NCBI GenBank assembly: GCA_003427395.1
Contig: BFEA01000032.1
Span: 3,093,454 to 3,157,453 of the forward strand
Source of the DNA: Chara braunii
Lineage: Eukaryota; Plantae; Charophyceae
Reading direction: 5' to 3'
DNA: 64,000 nucleotides
Positions 1-12,288 of the stretch are shown here, in pieces. The translations under genes were made by a program, and so were the position numbers. A model generated the notes under the pieces. It was not told the DNA's origin, searched no databases, and worked only from the letters and a program-made list of their open reading frames with translations. The number at the start of each line of letters is the position of its first letter. Position 1 is the first letter of the stretch.

Positions 1-8
1 GATACCAG

Positions 9-504
9 TGTAACGAGCGTGAGGCTGAGGGTGAGCCGAGGGAGATGAGAGAGAGGGAGAGAGAGGGAGAGAGAGGGAGAGAGTGAGAGCACACACACCC
101 ACTCACTCACTCGACACGACGGACTCGGACTGAGGGTCGGGCGCAGACACAGTGGCAAGGCACCAAGTCGAAGTCTTGGATTCCGAATGCCGAAACGGCA
201 AGTCACACTGAGTACGAGTACAGCAGCAGAGAACTGGTCGAGACTCGTCCCCGTACCGTACGGGGAGCCGGCATAAGTACCGGTGACACGTACGGTACCA
301 GGGGCATTTCTGCAAAGGCCCCGAGGGCAGAACTGAAAAATGCAGTATTTGAAAGTGGCGCCCGAATTGCAGCATGGCGCCAATTGTCCAAAATCCTACG
401 GTACCAACGGAGGGGTTTGGAAAAAGGGTGCCAGGCCGAAAACGGGATGCAGCCGAAACAGCAAAAGATAGACCAGGGATCGAGCCCTGGCGAAGTCCGT
501 AACA
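9..504 (-). mobile_element. 5' LTR of an LTR retrotransposon that extends left of the window, inserted into the LINE at 505
   Basis: On the minus strand it begins TGTTACG (504) and ends CGTTACA (9). One base later comes TGGTATC (7..1), the start of a tRNA-iMet primer-binding site. Confidence 0.75.
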
Positions 505-3500
505 GTGGCCCAGAGAAGTTTAAAATAGGTGTTGGCAAGTTGTGGTTCTTCCTTTGTCCACCTATTGTGTATTGTGTTGGATATTGATATGGGTTTAGTG
601 AGGAGACGATAACCTAGTTTCGGTGTGTAGTCCGTTAGCCTACTTAGATTTGAGATGAGGGTGGAACTAGGGGAGGACTTCCATGACCATTCTGATGGGT
701 CAATCTCCAGGTTAGAAATGCTGATGTGGGGTTTATATACTTTTTTTCTTACTCCTTCTACGATTCTGATTCTTCTCAGGTTGTTGCTTTTGAATGCTCC
801 TTCTGCTCTGCTTTTGGTGTTGATGTAACTTATCGGGTTTCCTTGATCCTCTAGGGTATATATGTTGCAGCATATCCAACTGTTGTTCAAATTTGCGTAG
901 ATCCTGACTGAGAGGACTTTCTGTATTGGTGAGATGTTCATGGTGGTCGCCCAATCGCCTTGATGCCATTTCTGGTATGTTTTTAATAAGACTCGCCATT
1001 GTAGAGGAATACAGTCTACAATGTGATTTAGATTAGTTTGTAGATGATGTGTACCTTTTAGTTTTTCTCGTAGGTCTCTTTCTGTTTTCCATGTTTTATT
1101 TGGGTTGTCCTAGATGTGCTTGATTTGCCAAATTCCCTTTTCTAGCCAGTGACCCCATTTAGGTTCTGACTTTGAGAGTGGGAGGATTTCCCCGTTATCG
1201 TTCTTGATGTGTGGGTTGCCGAAGAGGGGGTGCCTGAGGACTTCGTCTTTTTGCTTTGGACCTGTTCTATTCTCGGGGAAGATGATTCTCCAGGTGCGTA
1301 GTATTTATTCTCATAGGGATTTGGATAAGGGTGTGTCTTCGGATTGGGTCTGTTTCACTTTTGGGAGTGGCCAAGATTTATTGAAAATCCAGAAAAGGCC
1401 TGTCATGTTGGTTGGAGTAGTAAATGGTGCCAGTTCTCTGATGTGGTTTAGGACTAGTGGTGACCTATGCAGATTGTCCTCGAGGGCTAGTCTTATAATC
1501 CATTTGATTAGTAGAGCCTAGATTTGTGGGAAGGGTCTATGAGGCCTAGGCCCCCCTTGCTTTTAGGCTGGTACCTTGTGGATAAAGTGTAGCTTATCCG
1601 GGTTACCTATCCATAGGAATGCTGATGCTTTTTTTCTCAGTTGGCTTTGAAAGTCAGCAGTTGGGAACCAAATGGAGGTGGAATACCACATCATTGCTAA
1701 GATCGAGTTGTTTAGTGCTGGTACCCTGCCTAGTAGGGAAGTATGTGTGGTTTCCGGGTATGCATTCCTATTCACCATTGAAGACAAGAGTGTTGTTGCC
1801 GATATATGGTGGCATCCTTTAAGGTTGAGGTTGATGTCGAGGAATCTAATTGGTGAATCTCGATCTGTCCATCGTAGTCCTGCCGGAGTTATCTCTACAG
1901 GGGGAGGAGTTTCCGCGGTCCACCATCCTATTGTTTTGGACTAGTTAACTTTCATTTCTGAGGCTAGTTGGAATGCTTGCATTGCTCTTGTCAGAGTCTG
2001 GAAAGATGAGTTTGAAGCCCTAATAAGTACCGTAAGATCATCAGCAAATAAAAGAGTAGTAGGGATGTGGAGGGGTTGACCTCGTTCGTCCATGATGTTC
2101 TCTATCCTCTCGATGGATCTATCCTTTCTCAGGAAGGCAGCGATGGTCTCCATAACAAAGAGGAAGATTGGTGCTGCCAATGGGTCCCCTTGTCTCACCG
2201 ACCTTGTCATTGGGTAGGGGTCCGAAAGGAAACCGTTGACTTGGACGATCCCTTGTGCGTCGTTGTAGAGTATTCTCACCCATTTTCGAAACAATGGGCC
2301 TACTCCCATCTTTTTCATGGTCATATGCCTTTTCAAAGTCGAAAAATAGGATGGTTGCTGCGATCCGTTTTATGCCTTTTCAAAGTCGAAAAATAGGATG
2401 GTTGCTGCGATCCGTTTCTTATTAACTATTTGTGTCGATTCACACAAAAACATTACGTTGTCTAGAATGAGTCTCTCTAGTATGAACCCTGTTTGGTCTA
2501 GGTGAAAACATCCTTTTATGACTCTGTTTGTTCTGGTGGCTAAGAGTTTAGCTAGGATCTCGTATGCTACGTTTAGTAGAGAATTAGGTCTGTAGTTTTT
2601 TATGTCCTCTCTGTCGCCCTTTTTGTATAGGAGTGTTACCACCCCTGTACTCATGTCTGGGCCTAGTGATTCTTCTTCCCATGCTCTGGTGAGGAAAGGA
2701 GGAGTGGTCCTAGGATGTGCCAACCTGTGATCAAAAATTCCTTAGATAGTCCATCTCTGCCTAGGGCCTTGTTGTGTTGTTCCCCCCTACTGGTGTTTTG
2801 GAGGTGTAGAGTTCTTTGTAGAAGGTGGTTGCAATGTTGACCAGTTTCGTGGTTTCTGTGGTTCGGTTACCATTCTCGTTGTGTAAGCATTCTATTTTGG
2901 AATTTTTGTAGTTGGCTTTGATCTTTTGGAAGAAGAATTTGGCCATTTTTTCGTTTAGTTCCCAATCTTTCACCCTGGCCCTTAATAGGAGGCTGTTGAG
3001 CTTGAGTTTAGTCCATTCGGCTAATTCTTCCTTAGATTTATCAAATAGTTCTGCATAGAATTCTGAATGCGGGAGCTTTTGTAGGTTTATTTCTTCTATT
3101 TCTATTGCATTTCTTAGGGTCTCTTCCCTTTCCTTTCTTTGTGAGGCTAGTTTTCTGGATAATTGTGCTGTCCTTGTGCTAATGTTTTCAATGATTTGTG
3201 GGAACTTGGTGAATATGTCCTCGTTGGGTAGTAAGTGTGTTTGTGAGGTTAGTATGGTTTATAGCTGTGATTGGAATGCTTTGCTGGTGAGGAGGGCATT
3301 GTTGAAGCGTTAAAAGCTCTGGCTTGTGTATCCCTCTTTAGTGAGTCAGATGGCTAGAGTTATGGCTTTGTGGTCTAATCCTTTATGGTATGGGTTGTTG
3401 TGAATGGTATCTTGTATGGCTCCTGTTAATGAGTCTGAGGCTAGGAAGAAGTTGATCCTGGAGAAGGATGTTCTGCCCTGTGAGGTTTTTCTGATGCAGG

Positions 3501-4332
3501 AGTATCTCTTGGTTTCAGGGTATAGGAGGCGGTATGGGTCAAGTAGGTTTTTCCTAATCATGAATTCGTTTAGTTATGTGTTGTTAGTTTGGGATTTGGG
3601 ATCTTGGGCATGAGATATTTTATCTAGATTGGGGTTTTGAACTGAGTTCCAATCTCCCATGATGATAGTGGGTGTTAGTGTGGGAACGAGTTGTTCGATT
3701 GAAAGTAGGAATGGGGTTTTATCTTGTGGTGTGTTCGGGTCATATATGCCCATGAGGGATATCTCTTCTTACTTGAAATTGATGTCAAGTTTGATCCATC
3801 TACCTGAGGTAGTCTTGATTGCCATTCTGAATTTTTAATGCTTCACTGACTGGAGGTTTTTGATGTAGGAGGATGACAATACCTGCTGATCCATTGTCTG
3901 TTGCTCTGGACCAAAAGGCTGTTTTGACGTAGGTTAGTTTTCTGATGAGGGCTAATTGTAGTTTGTTGTGTTCGCTGCTGTTGGTTAGGTGTGTTTCTTT
4001 GAGGCATGCTATGTCTAGGGGATTGGGACCGAACCAACCTATGGTTTCAGTGAGGTTCCTCCATTTCATTGGGTTGTCTAGTATGGAGGCCAGACCGTTG
4101 ATATTCCATGATGCGCAGGTGAGTTCAGGTTGTTTTCTGGTTTCCTTGAGAGTGTCAGCTTCAGTGGTGGGTCTGAATCTTTTTGGGTTGTTGTTTGTCC
4201 CACTATCCGGTTGGCCATTGGGATGTTCATCCATTACTGTTTGTAACGGTTAGCTCGGAGGTGGGACTATCGATTGACTCAGGTGGCGGGGTTGGGGATC
4301 TTTTTCGCTATCTCTTCCGAAAAGAACCCCAA
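505..4332 (-). mobile_element. Degenerate L1/Tx1-like LINE ORF2 (APE endonuclease + RT), 5'-truncated
   Basis: Fragmented minus ORFs give ASWNINGL, DIACLKETHL, SRINFFL, LDHKAI (endonuclease) and NYRPNSLL, DFEKA, RQGDP, LFADD (RT). Multiple stops and frameshifts; ~47-bp tandem duplication at 2325-2417. Confidence 0.9.
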
Positions 4333-6420
4333 CGGGGGCTGTCTCGTGTAGTTAATTCCTAGTGTATCGTCATTTTTCCTCGGGTTCCTGGTACTTGAAC
4401 TGGACCTTATACTGCAGCTGTGGTCTTCCTCTTCTCCCGGATCTGCATACCTCATCATCTACATACAGACCATCCATGTCAGGCGGAATCATTGAGCTGG
4501 GTGATGGAAAGGAGTTGTCTGTCACACAACGCAGTAACTTGGATGCATGGAAGATACGGTATGTACACAGGTGGGTAGGTATATTGATCACGAAAGATGG
4601 ACCATCTGCATCACCTATCACATCAATCACTTTCCGTGGTCCTCTATAAGCAGGCAGTAGTTTTGAGAGATCCCTTAGACTTTACCCGGACAAAATCCCG
4701 AACAGTGTATCTAGACGTTCGCCCGTGCTTATTGGCTTGCTCTGTTATCTTCCATTGGGCACCTAATGTTTTCTGTACCTTCAGAAGGTCCTTCTCATAC
4801 TTCAGTGCAAAAAAAATAACGAGTCCCGGGTATCTGATTAGGGTTTAGGCAGTCGATCGGTCGTCTTGGATTCCAAGTTCCAAACCTTGTGCAGCTCATT
4901 TGGTGTATGCCCTGTTCACAAATGTGTCAAGTTGTTGTACGCACTTGCTACCTAAAGCAAATGCTCGTCCCTATCTACCTGTGCTGGACTAATGTACATA
5001 CGGAGAGGCTGCTGTAACAGCTTATTCATGTGTTCTGTCTATCCATTAGTCTCAGGGTGTCTACAGGATGACATAGTTAGCTTCGACCCAATAGACTTTC
5101 ATCAGCTGTTGCCAGTGATCTCCCATAGGTCTAGCATCCCTATCACTAGCTATCGTTAGAGGGTGACCGTTATCTTTGATCCAATGAGCAAAAGTTCACC
5201 AATTACTAAGTCTGTTTTTGCCCCGGGCTGCAGTGGGACAAAAACTATGAATTTATCGAATCTGTCAAGAATGGCCATCGCTTACTCTTTCCACTTCTAC
5301 TCTTGACTTTGGTATCCATGAAATCCATAGATACAGAATTTCCAGGTCCTGAGAGTATAGGCAATGGTTTCAGTAGTCCTAGGGGGGTCAAAGCACTATT
5401 CTGGTATCTCATGTTCACAATTCAGTCCCATCACTACGAGTGATCCTCAAGTTTGTTTTATTTCCCAGTCACTCCTTGTTGTGGTCATCAGTCTATGTTG
5501 GCGTAACATCCCTTTAGGATCTTCTTGATAATGCTGTTGTTTTCCCTTTAATTCCCTATGTTTGCGGTTGATGCCTACCTTTAACGTCTCTCCATTGAGC
5601 TCCGGTCTTGTCCTGTCTCCTTACACCTGCAATGAACTAGGTTCAAAATCTGCGCAGACGCAGGCCAGGGTCGTCACTTTCCGTCTAAGTCAAGATTCAG
5701 GGATCAAAAGTCACGTTTCTAGGCCTAAAAGGGTCTGAGAAAAGTGCTAAGGTAAATGTGTATAGGGTCCAGGGTCAAATCAGGCAATCTGAGCCCCTTC
5801 GTGAGACAGTCGATTCTTGGAATACCAATAGTCAGGCCCAACCCGGGAAAAGCAGACTAGGAGTCAGAGATTTTTCTTGACCACGCCCACCGATGAGATG
5901 CACAATCAAAGGCTCGCTGCATTTATCCCAGAAGATTCTAGGGCCTACCGGGTCCAGGCACACTGAGGCTGACAGAAAATCTGGGCCATCCAGATCGAGA
6001 CATCTCCGCCATCAGAGGAGGCAGGCTGAGGCAGGCCAAAGATGGTCCGCGCTACAAAAGAGCGGCCAGCCCCAGTGGCTCAATCGTTCTGCCTCACCCT
6101 GCTACAGTGCGCGGCTACAGTGCACGTGCTACAGTGTGCAGCTACAGTGATGCGCTATAGTAATGCGCTACAGTGACACAGTACAGTGAGCCACAACAGT
6201 GTGCCACTACTGTGAATGCGAGAGGAGTCAGAGAGGAAGTAGAGAACCACCATAGCTAGAATAGACAGAGAGAAAGGAAGAGGGTGCACAGGAATCGTAA
6301 GTGGAGAGACAGTGAGAGAGCAGGAAGCTTACCTTGACTTACCTGGGCGCTGGTGATACTGGAGCGGCTGCTGGTCACAGCAGGAGGTCGAAGAAGCCTG
6401 GCACCAACCTCCATAGCCAG
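4333..6420 (-). mobile_element. Degenerate Ty3/gypsy fragment (integrase C-terminus and chromodomain, plus upstream LTR-like sequence)
   Basis: 4370-4630 encodes GPSFVI..IFHASKL..YKVQFKYQEPEEK, homologous to 22779-23177. Integrase remnants at 4850-5400. The right boundary is approximate. Confidence 0.7.
6101..6201. repeat. Short tandem array with a CTACAGTG core, about 13-bp period
   Basis: About 8 degenerate copies: gctacagtgcgcg, gctacagtgcacgt, gctacagtgtgca and so on. Confidence 0.8.
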
Positions 6421-7885
6421 CATTGATCCTGGAGGTTGGACGCCATACCTGGTGCCTGCAGAGAGACTTCATCAGTGAGTTTCAAGAGCTGATTCAATTG
6501 TATTTTTTATTAATGATGGAATTATTCTCCCTCTCTCTCTGTTGCTTCTCTCCCTTTTTCTACCTTCTGGTGACTTTCTTCTTATGCTGGGACTACATGG
6601 AATAACTCTGGACTCGTTCCCTACTGTGAGTGGTTCCACTTGGGTGCACTGGTGATTTCTTGCATGATCTATTTGTGAAAGTTTCTCATACTGGACGGGC
6701 TCATTGAAATACCTCAGATCTTGATGAATAACCTGGTGTTGAGTGAATGCCCCCTTAGAGCATTGTTCTGAGCACTGCATCTACCATTCCTGGGACCATC
6801 CCTATGTTGTGCTTGTGCGACCAAGTACGTGTGTTGGTGCCACATTATTCTTGAAGACTTAAGGTGTACGATTGTGATAGATAGAGGTTATGGGTTTGAG
6901 ATATAGGGTCTGTTTAGACTCTTTAGAGTCAAACTTTTGGTCATGCTGGCTTCAGTGAGAGAGATTTTTGCATTCTTCGCCGGCATAGGTCCAGCATTTC
7001 TCTCTTTTCTTGGTCGATACAGACCAGACATTGGACATTATTCATGATTATTGATATGGTTCCTGTAGATTTTCATCGCATGCTTTTGCATGGAAGTTGC
7101 TTCACATGCAGGATGATAGACATCGGTTTGGTTTGGCCATTTTGCAGGGCTCCTGCTGTTGCAGACAGTGCGGTTTATGATGCAACTCACAATCCATTTC
7201 AGGTCTAAGGATTGCGTAGCGGTGCCCCTTTTTTAACCGGCCAATCGCTTTGTCCACCTGGTGCAATCCCAATCTGTCAGGCAGTTCCTGAACCAGTAGG
7301 ACCAGAGTTCGCATTTGTACCTGGCCTTCCCGTACATCCTTTTGTTTGTTCCTTGGTTCGGACATTCACCAAGAGCAGTCATTCCTGCTTCATTGAGCTA
7401 CTTTTGTGTTGTCCCTCTCCTGTCCCATGCCATTGTTGGGTGTCCATGCCCAGCAGCCCTGCCCATCCTCCTTCACGTTATTTACTCATGTGCCGCAGCG
7501 CAAAGCCATCCTAGCTGCATGGATGCTTCAACCGAAGTACAAATGAGATAGCAGCCAAGGACCAGAACACAAGTCAGCATCTGCGGCATTCCGCCCCCCC
7601 TCCCCCCTGTTTTCTATCACAGACCAAAAGGTTAGGAGCTCTTTTCCATTTTAGTTTCTCATTTCCCTCCTCTAGACCAAATCGATCATTCTCTGGCGCA
7701 GATCAGGGGGTCACACCAGCCCATATCATAACATGCATGGCCATGTTCATTCAACACTCAATCCAGTTGCAGGTTCCCATACGTTCACCTTGTTACAACA
7801 ACGATGTACCTGTTTCTGGCCACTTGAATCCTTGTCATGTTGACTTCAAATGGAGATTCTGAAGCAGTGTCTCAAAGAAGGGGGG

Positions 7886-7920
<35 letters not shown>

Positions 7921-7921
7921 G

Positions 7922-8572
7922 NNNNNNNNNNNNNNNNNNNNNNNNNNNNNNNNNNNNNNNNNNNNNNNNNNNNNNNNNNNNNNNNNNNNNNNNNNNNNNN
8001 NNNNNNNNNNNNNNNNNNNNNNNNNNNNNNNNNNNNNNNNNNNNNNNNNNNNNNNNNNNNNNNNNNNNNNNNNNNNNNNNNNNNNNNNNNNNNNNNNNNN
8101 NNNNNNNNNNNNNNNNNNNNNNNNNNNNNNNNNNNNNNNNNNNNNNNNNNNNNNNNNNNNNNNNNNNNNNNNNNNNNNNNNNNNNNNNNNNNNNNNNNNN
8201 NNNNNNNNNNNNNNNNNNNNNNNNNNNNNNNNNNNNNNNNNNNNNNNNNNNNNNNNNNNNNNNNNNNNNNNNNNNNNNNNNNNNNNNNNNNNNNNNNNNN
8301 NNNNNNNNNNNNNNNNNNNNNNNNNNNNNNNNNNNNNNNNNNNNNNNNNNNNNNNNNNNNNNNNNNNNNNNNNNNNNNNNNNNNNNNNNNNNNNNNNNNN
8401 NNNNNNNNNNNNNNNNNNNNNNNNNNNNNNNNNNNNNNNNNNNNNNNNNNNNNNNNNNNNNNNNNNNNNNNNNNNNNNNNNNNNNNNNNNNNNNNNNNNN
8501 NNNNNNNNNNNNNNNNNNNNNNNNNNNNNNNNNNNNNNNNNNNNNNNNNNNNNNNNNNNNNNNNNNNNNNNN
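7922..8572. other. Assembly gap flanked by a poly-G run and a C-rich run
   Basis: Run of N. Confidence 1.
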
Positions 8573-9917
8573 CCCCCCCCTTCCCCCCCCTTGAGTACAG
8601 TTGAGAACTTTGAGTTCGCCCTCAGTCACAAGATTTTTGTATTGCAACTCTCCCCATCCACTTTCAAGATCCTCTCAAATTCAAGATTTCAAATTCTGGC
8701 AGTCTTACATGGCATACTAAGTCACAGACTCACAGTAATATTGGTATTGCTCCTCTCTGAAAAGATTATACAGAACAGTTGGCAGGAATTTGTTCTGCAA
8801 TTAAGATGGATAAGGGGCACCTCTTTTTTGTGCGAGTAACGAGCCCTCACGGGGCCCCTATCAGACATACACAGGCCCCCTCCAAGCCGAGTGCCCACCC
8901 TAAGTGAAGGCGGGCCTGAATATTCATCAGAGGCCAACATTCGACATTTTCATATATGGGTATTCAGGCTGTTCCAGCCCGCCAGTTGGTTGAGTGGATG
9001 CATGAGCCTCACTAAGCTGTGTCGTACAGTGGCCCAGACCATGGCAGTTGCGCCTGGGCAAATACACACAAAGCAGGGCCGATACATCATGAAGCGGCCA
9101 CCAGACTATGCAAAAGCAGTACTGTCGACGCACCTACCCGGGGTCCTGCTCAAATGCAGGAAACGGCCCAAGTCCGGAGACTCAGGCCGTGCCCAACTGT
9201 AAAGGGCCCAGGCCCTCAACTGTAGTCTCGGGCCTGGGCGCAGTAACTGAGGCCCAACCAGAAGCTACTGGAAGCTTCCAGCCAGGCCACAAGCAGCATC
9301 CATGAGGCTGCCACTTCCTATATGGCTGCCACTTCCATATAGGAAGTGAGGCAGCCCAGGCCAGGCATTCTGGCCCGCGCAGACAATGTGGTCACGCTGC
9401 TGCGCTGCTGCATTGGATGCTGCTTGCGGCCAGAGCGATGGCGTGGCGCGCTGAGGTGAAGTGGGACGCTGCAGGGCAGCGGTGCGCTGGCAGCCATAGC
9501 CGGGCTGCTGGGCGCTAGGGGGTAAGAGGGCGATCTGGTGGTCTTCAGGGAAGGAGGCGAGTGTGTGGGTTACCAAGGTCTGATGAGGGTGACGAGATAT
9601 GCACCTGGTGCATGAGGAGAGGTCGGCTATGGAGCCTATGGTGTTGACATCATGTAAATTGGTCTTTGAGAATTGTTGCGTGAACACAGCTGTAGGTAGG
9701 ATAGTCGAGTAGAGTAGGCTAGGCGCTGGGCGCCAGACAGAGAGGAGCGACTTTGGATATTGTGTTGCTGTGGCCTGAGGGCTTGAACATTGGCTCATTA
9801 CTTCATTGCATTGCTCTATTTGGATGGATTCTCGGTGCAATTGTGCTCTCTGCTTGTACACGACTACTTGGACATCTGTGTGATTTCGCAACTTGGTTTT
9901 CTTTATATCGTTCACAC

Positions 9918-11155
9918 CATAGTTGCGGCGCACCTCGGTGCGCGGATTTGCGCACGAATTGCGCACCGCACAGCGCACCAAAGCGCAGCGCACTTGAAAA
10001 ATTAGGTCCAAAAAAAAAAAAAAAAAGTAGGGGTTTCATAATTTCCTAGGGCCCCCAACTCGGCAAAAATGTTAAACTCACCACGCAAGCTCGCAAACCA
10101 GCCGCGCCCACGGCCCAAACTTTTCTTTTGGGTAAGGGCTGCCGAAATTTCAATTTCCGCAGGCCCTCCCCCCAAAAGTTTCAGAATAGCAAGGCATGAA
10201 ATAGGGATCATTCCAACTTGTGTCTTAGGCGGGGTATGAAAGCTGTCCTTCCCGCTGCCTTCTGCAAATCCCACACAGTAGTGGGGTAAGTTCGCAAGAA
10301 GGGGTAGTCGCCTACTAACGACCTGCCCCGCGAAATTTCCCAGAATTCACATCGCCAGCCGACCACCAATATATGCTGAAGATTGGCGTTCAGGTCCCCA
10401 TGTCGGCAGTTATGGGTCAGGATGAAGATGCCCGTGGCTCTTTCGTTTTTTTGTTTTTGTTTTTCTTACAAATACTTCAAGTGGGGATGCACAAAAGACA
10501 TAGCATATGGCGCTGTATGGTTCCATGTTTTCGCAGAAGATTCATTATGCCCATGGCTCTCTCGTTTTTTTGTTTTTGTTTTCTTACGAATACTTCAAGT
10601 GGGGATGCACAAAAGACATAGCATATGGCGGTGTATGGTTCCATGTTTTCGCAGAAGATTCATTATGCCCGTGGCTCTCTCGTTTTTTTGTTTTTGTTTT
10701 CTTACGAATACTTCAAGTGGGGATGCACAAAAGACATAGCATATGGCGGTGTATGGTTCCATGTTTTCGCAGAAGATTCATTCTACTAATATTATATACA
10801 TTTGGTGAGTGGTGGAGGGAGGCCCTGAGAATCACGTGTAGACACGAACAGGGTCTACCTGAATTGGTGACCCATAACTGCCAAGCTACAGCCCTGAACT
10901 CGAATCCACAGCATATATTGGTGGTCTGCCCACATCTCTCCCACATGTGACGAGGTCCTCATTGAAGCTGGCCCTCAATGGCTCCACATTAATCGCGCAC
11001 AGGGCGCAACTCCCTCAGCGTGCGCACCGCGCACAGCGGACCACACTGGGTACTGCGCACAGCGCATGGCGCACAATGCGCGCGCTGTCGTTCCAGCGCA
11101 CAGCGCAGTGCGCACCGCCACGCACCGCACTGCGCACTGGTGCGCCGCAACTATG
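9918..11155. mobile_element. Non-autonomous hAT-type element (MITE 1)
   Basis: Perfect 17-bp TIR CATAGTTGCGGCGCACC. Perfect 8-bp TSD GTTCACAC at 9910-9917 and 11156-11163. GCGCAC-rich subterminal repeats. Confidence 0.92.
10428..10782. repeat. Three near-identical tandem units of 118-119 bp inside MITE 1
   Basis: Units start at 10428, 10547 and 10665. Confidence 0.95.
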
Positions 11156-12288
11156 GTTCACACTCATATTCCTTGCAATTTGGTATCAGAGCTGGTTAGT
11201 GATCGTCGCTTACCTGGCGCTGGCGACATTGTTACTTGGTGCACTGACGATGCTTCATGTGCAGTAAGGATACTTTGGCACTGGCTTGAGTGAGCGGGGC
11301 CCAGGTAGAGGGGCCGGCCACTGGAAAGCTGTGGCGACAGCGTGGGAGCTGTGGCGACAACGGATGTATGTATGGTGATGAGATCATGCTGACGTCGCGT
11401 TTGGCTGAGGTGGCACTGCATCGCATTGTGGGTGGTACCGAGGCTATGACCGGTCATCGAAATGCACGTCGGCCCAAATTGGTGAGAAATATGTGGTTGG
11501 GGGCAGCTATCTCCAGGTACGTTGTTCCCACTCCTTATCTACCCTCTCAATCTCTTCTTACAGTCAGGAAGTGAGTCCAACCTTGAGTGTCCTCTCTTTT
11601 GTGTGAGGAGTCGTGAGCGCTCTACCTTGAGAGACGACATTCTTCCCGGTGGCGCATTTGGCAGGAGAGGGCGGTGCCTCTGAAGGGCCCTGGTTGTGAT
11701 CATCGTCCTGATTGCGACGTTAAATAATTCCTGAGGACTCTCGGGGGCTGTCCTTAAATTGCCTCTTGATCAGCCAGATCAGCCAGACGTAAGGCTCGTT
11801 GCACGCGAGGATAAAGAACGACAGGCTGGTCATAAGCATACACCTTGGGCACATGGGTGGGCCGTTAATGCACACCTTAGACACTGCTGCTCGATGATGC
11901 TCACAGGCACGTTGGATACAGGGTAAGGAGATTCCAATTGAGGACTCAACTGGGAAACACTATATACCCATTGTGCATACATCTGCTCACTATACTCTTT
12001 TTTTTTTTTTTATTAGTTTGTGGACAGACTGCTGAGACCTGACAAACAGCCTAGAGAAGGACTGTAATGTTCTACCATAGTCAATTCTTCTCAAAAGTTC
12101 CTGTAAGAGAACTAATCAAGGTAGAAGTAGGATATGGTGTACAGTTTGTGCATATGTTGTTGATACCGCTTGAACGGTAACCTAGGTAACTCACAGGATG
12201 ATTATTATTCATTTATTTTTAGCACCGGCCAGACGCAAGCTGCGGTAGGTTCCAGCGAGAGTCCTAGTGCAGAGTGTCTACCTAGCCG

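Larger units (their letters stand above)
9020..11192 (+). mobile_element. LTR-like sequence followed by a tRNA-iMet primer-binding site
   Basis: ...CCTTGCA (11177), ATT, then TGGTATCAGAGC (11181-11192), the canonical PBS. The left boundary is a guess. Confidence 0.55.

Noticed and set aside
7835-8839. Long ORFs spanning N-gaps (also 44713-45414 and 54969-55294)
   Set aside because: Artefacts of translating through N.
10428-10782. Regular repeats that might suggest a CRISPR array
   Set aside because: No unique spacers; a plain tandem repeat in eukaryotic DNA.
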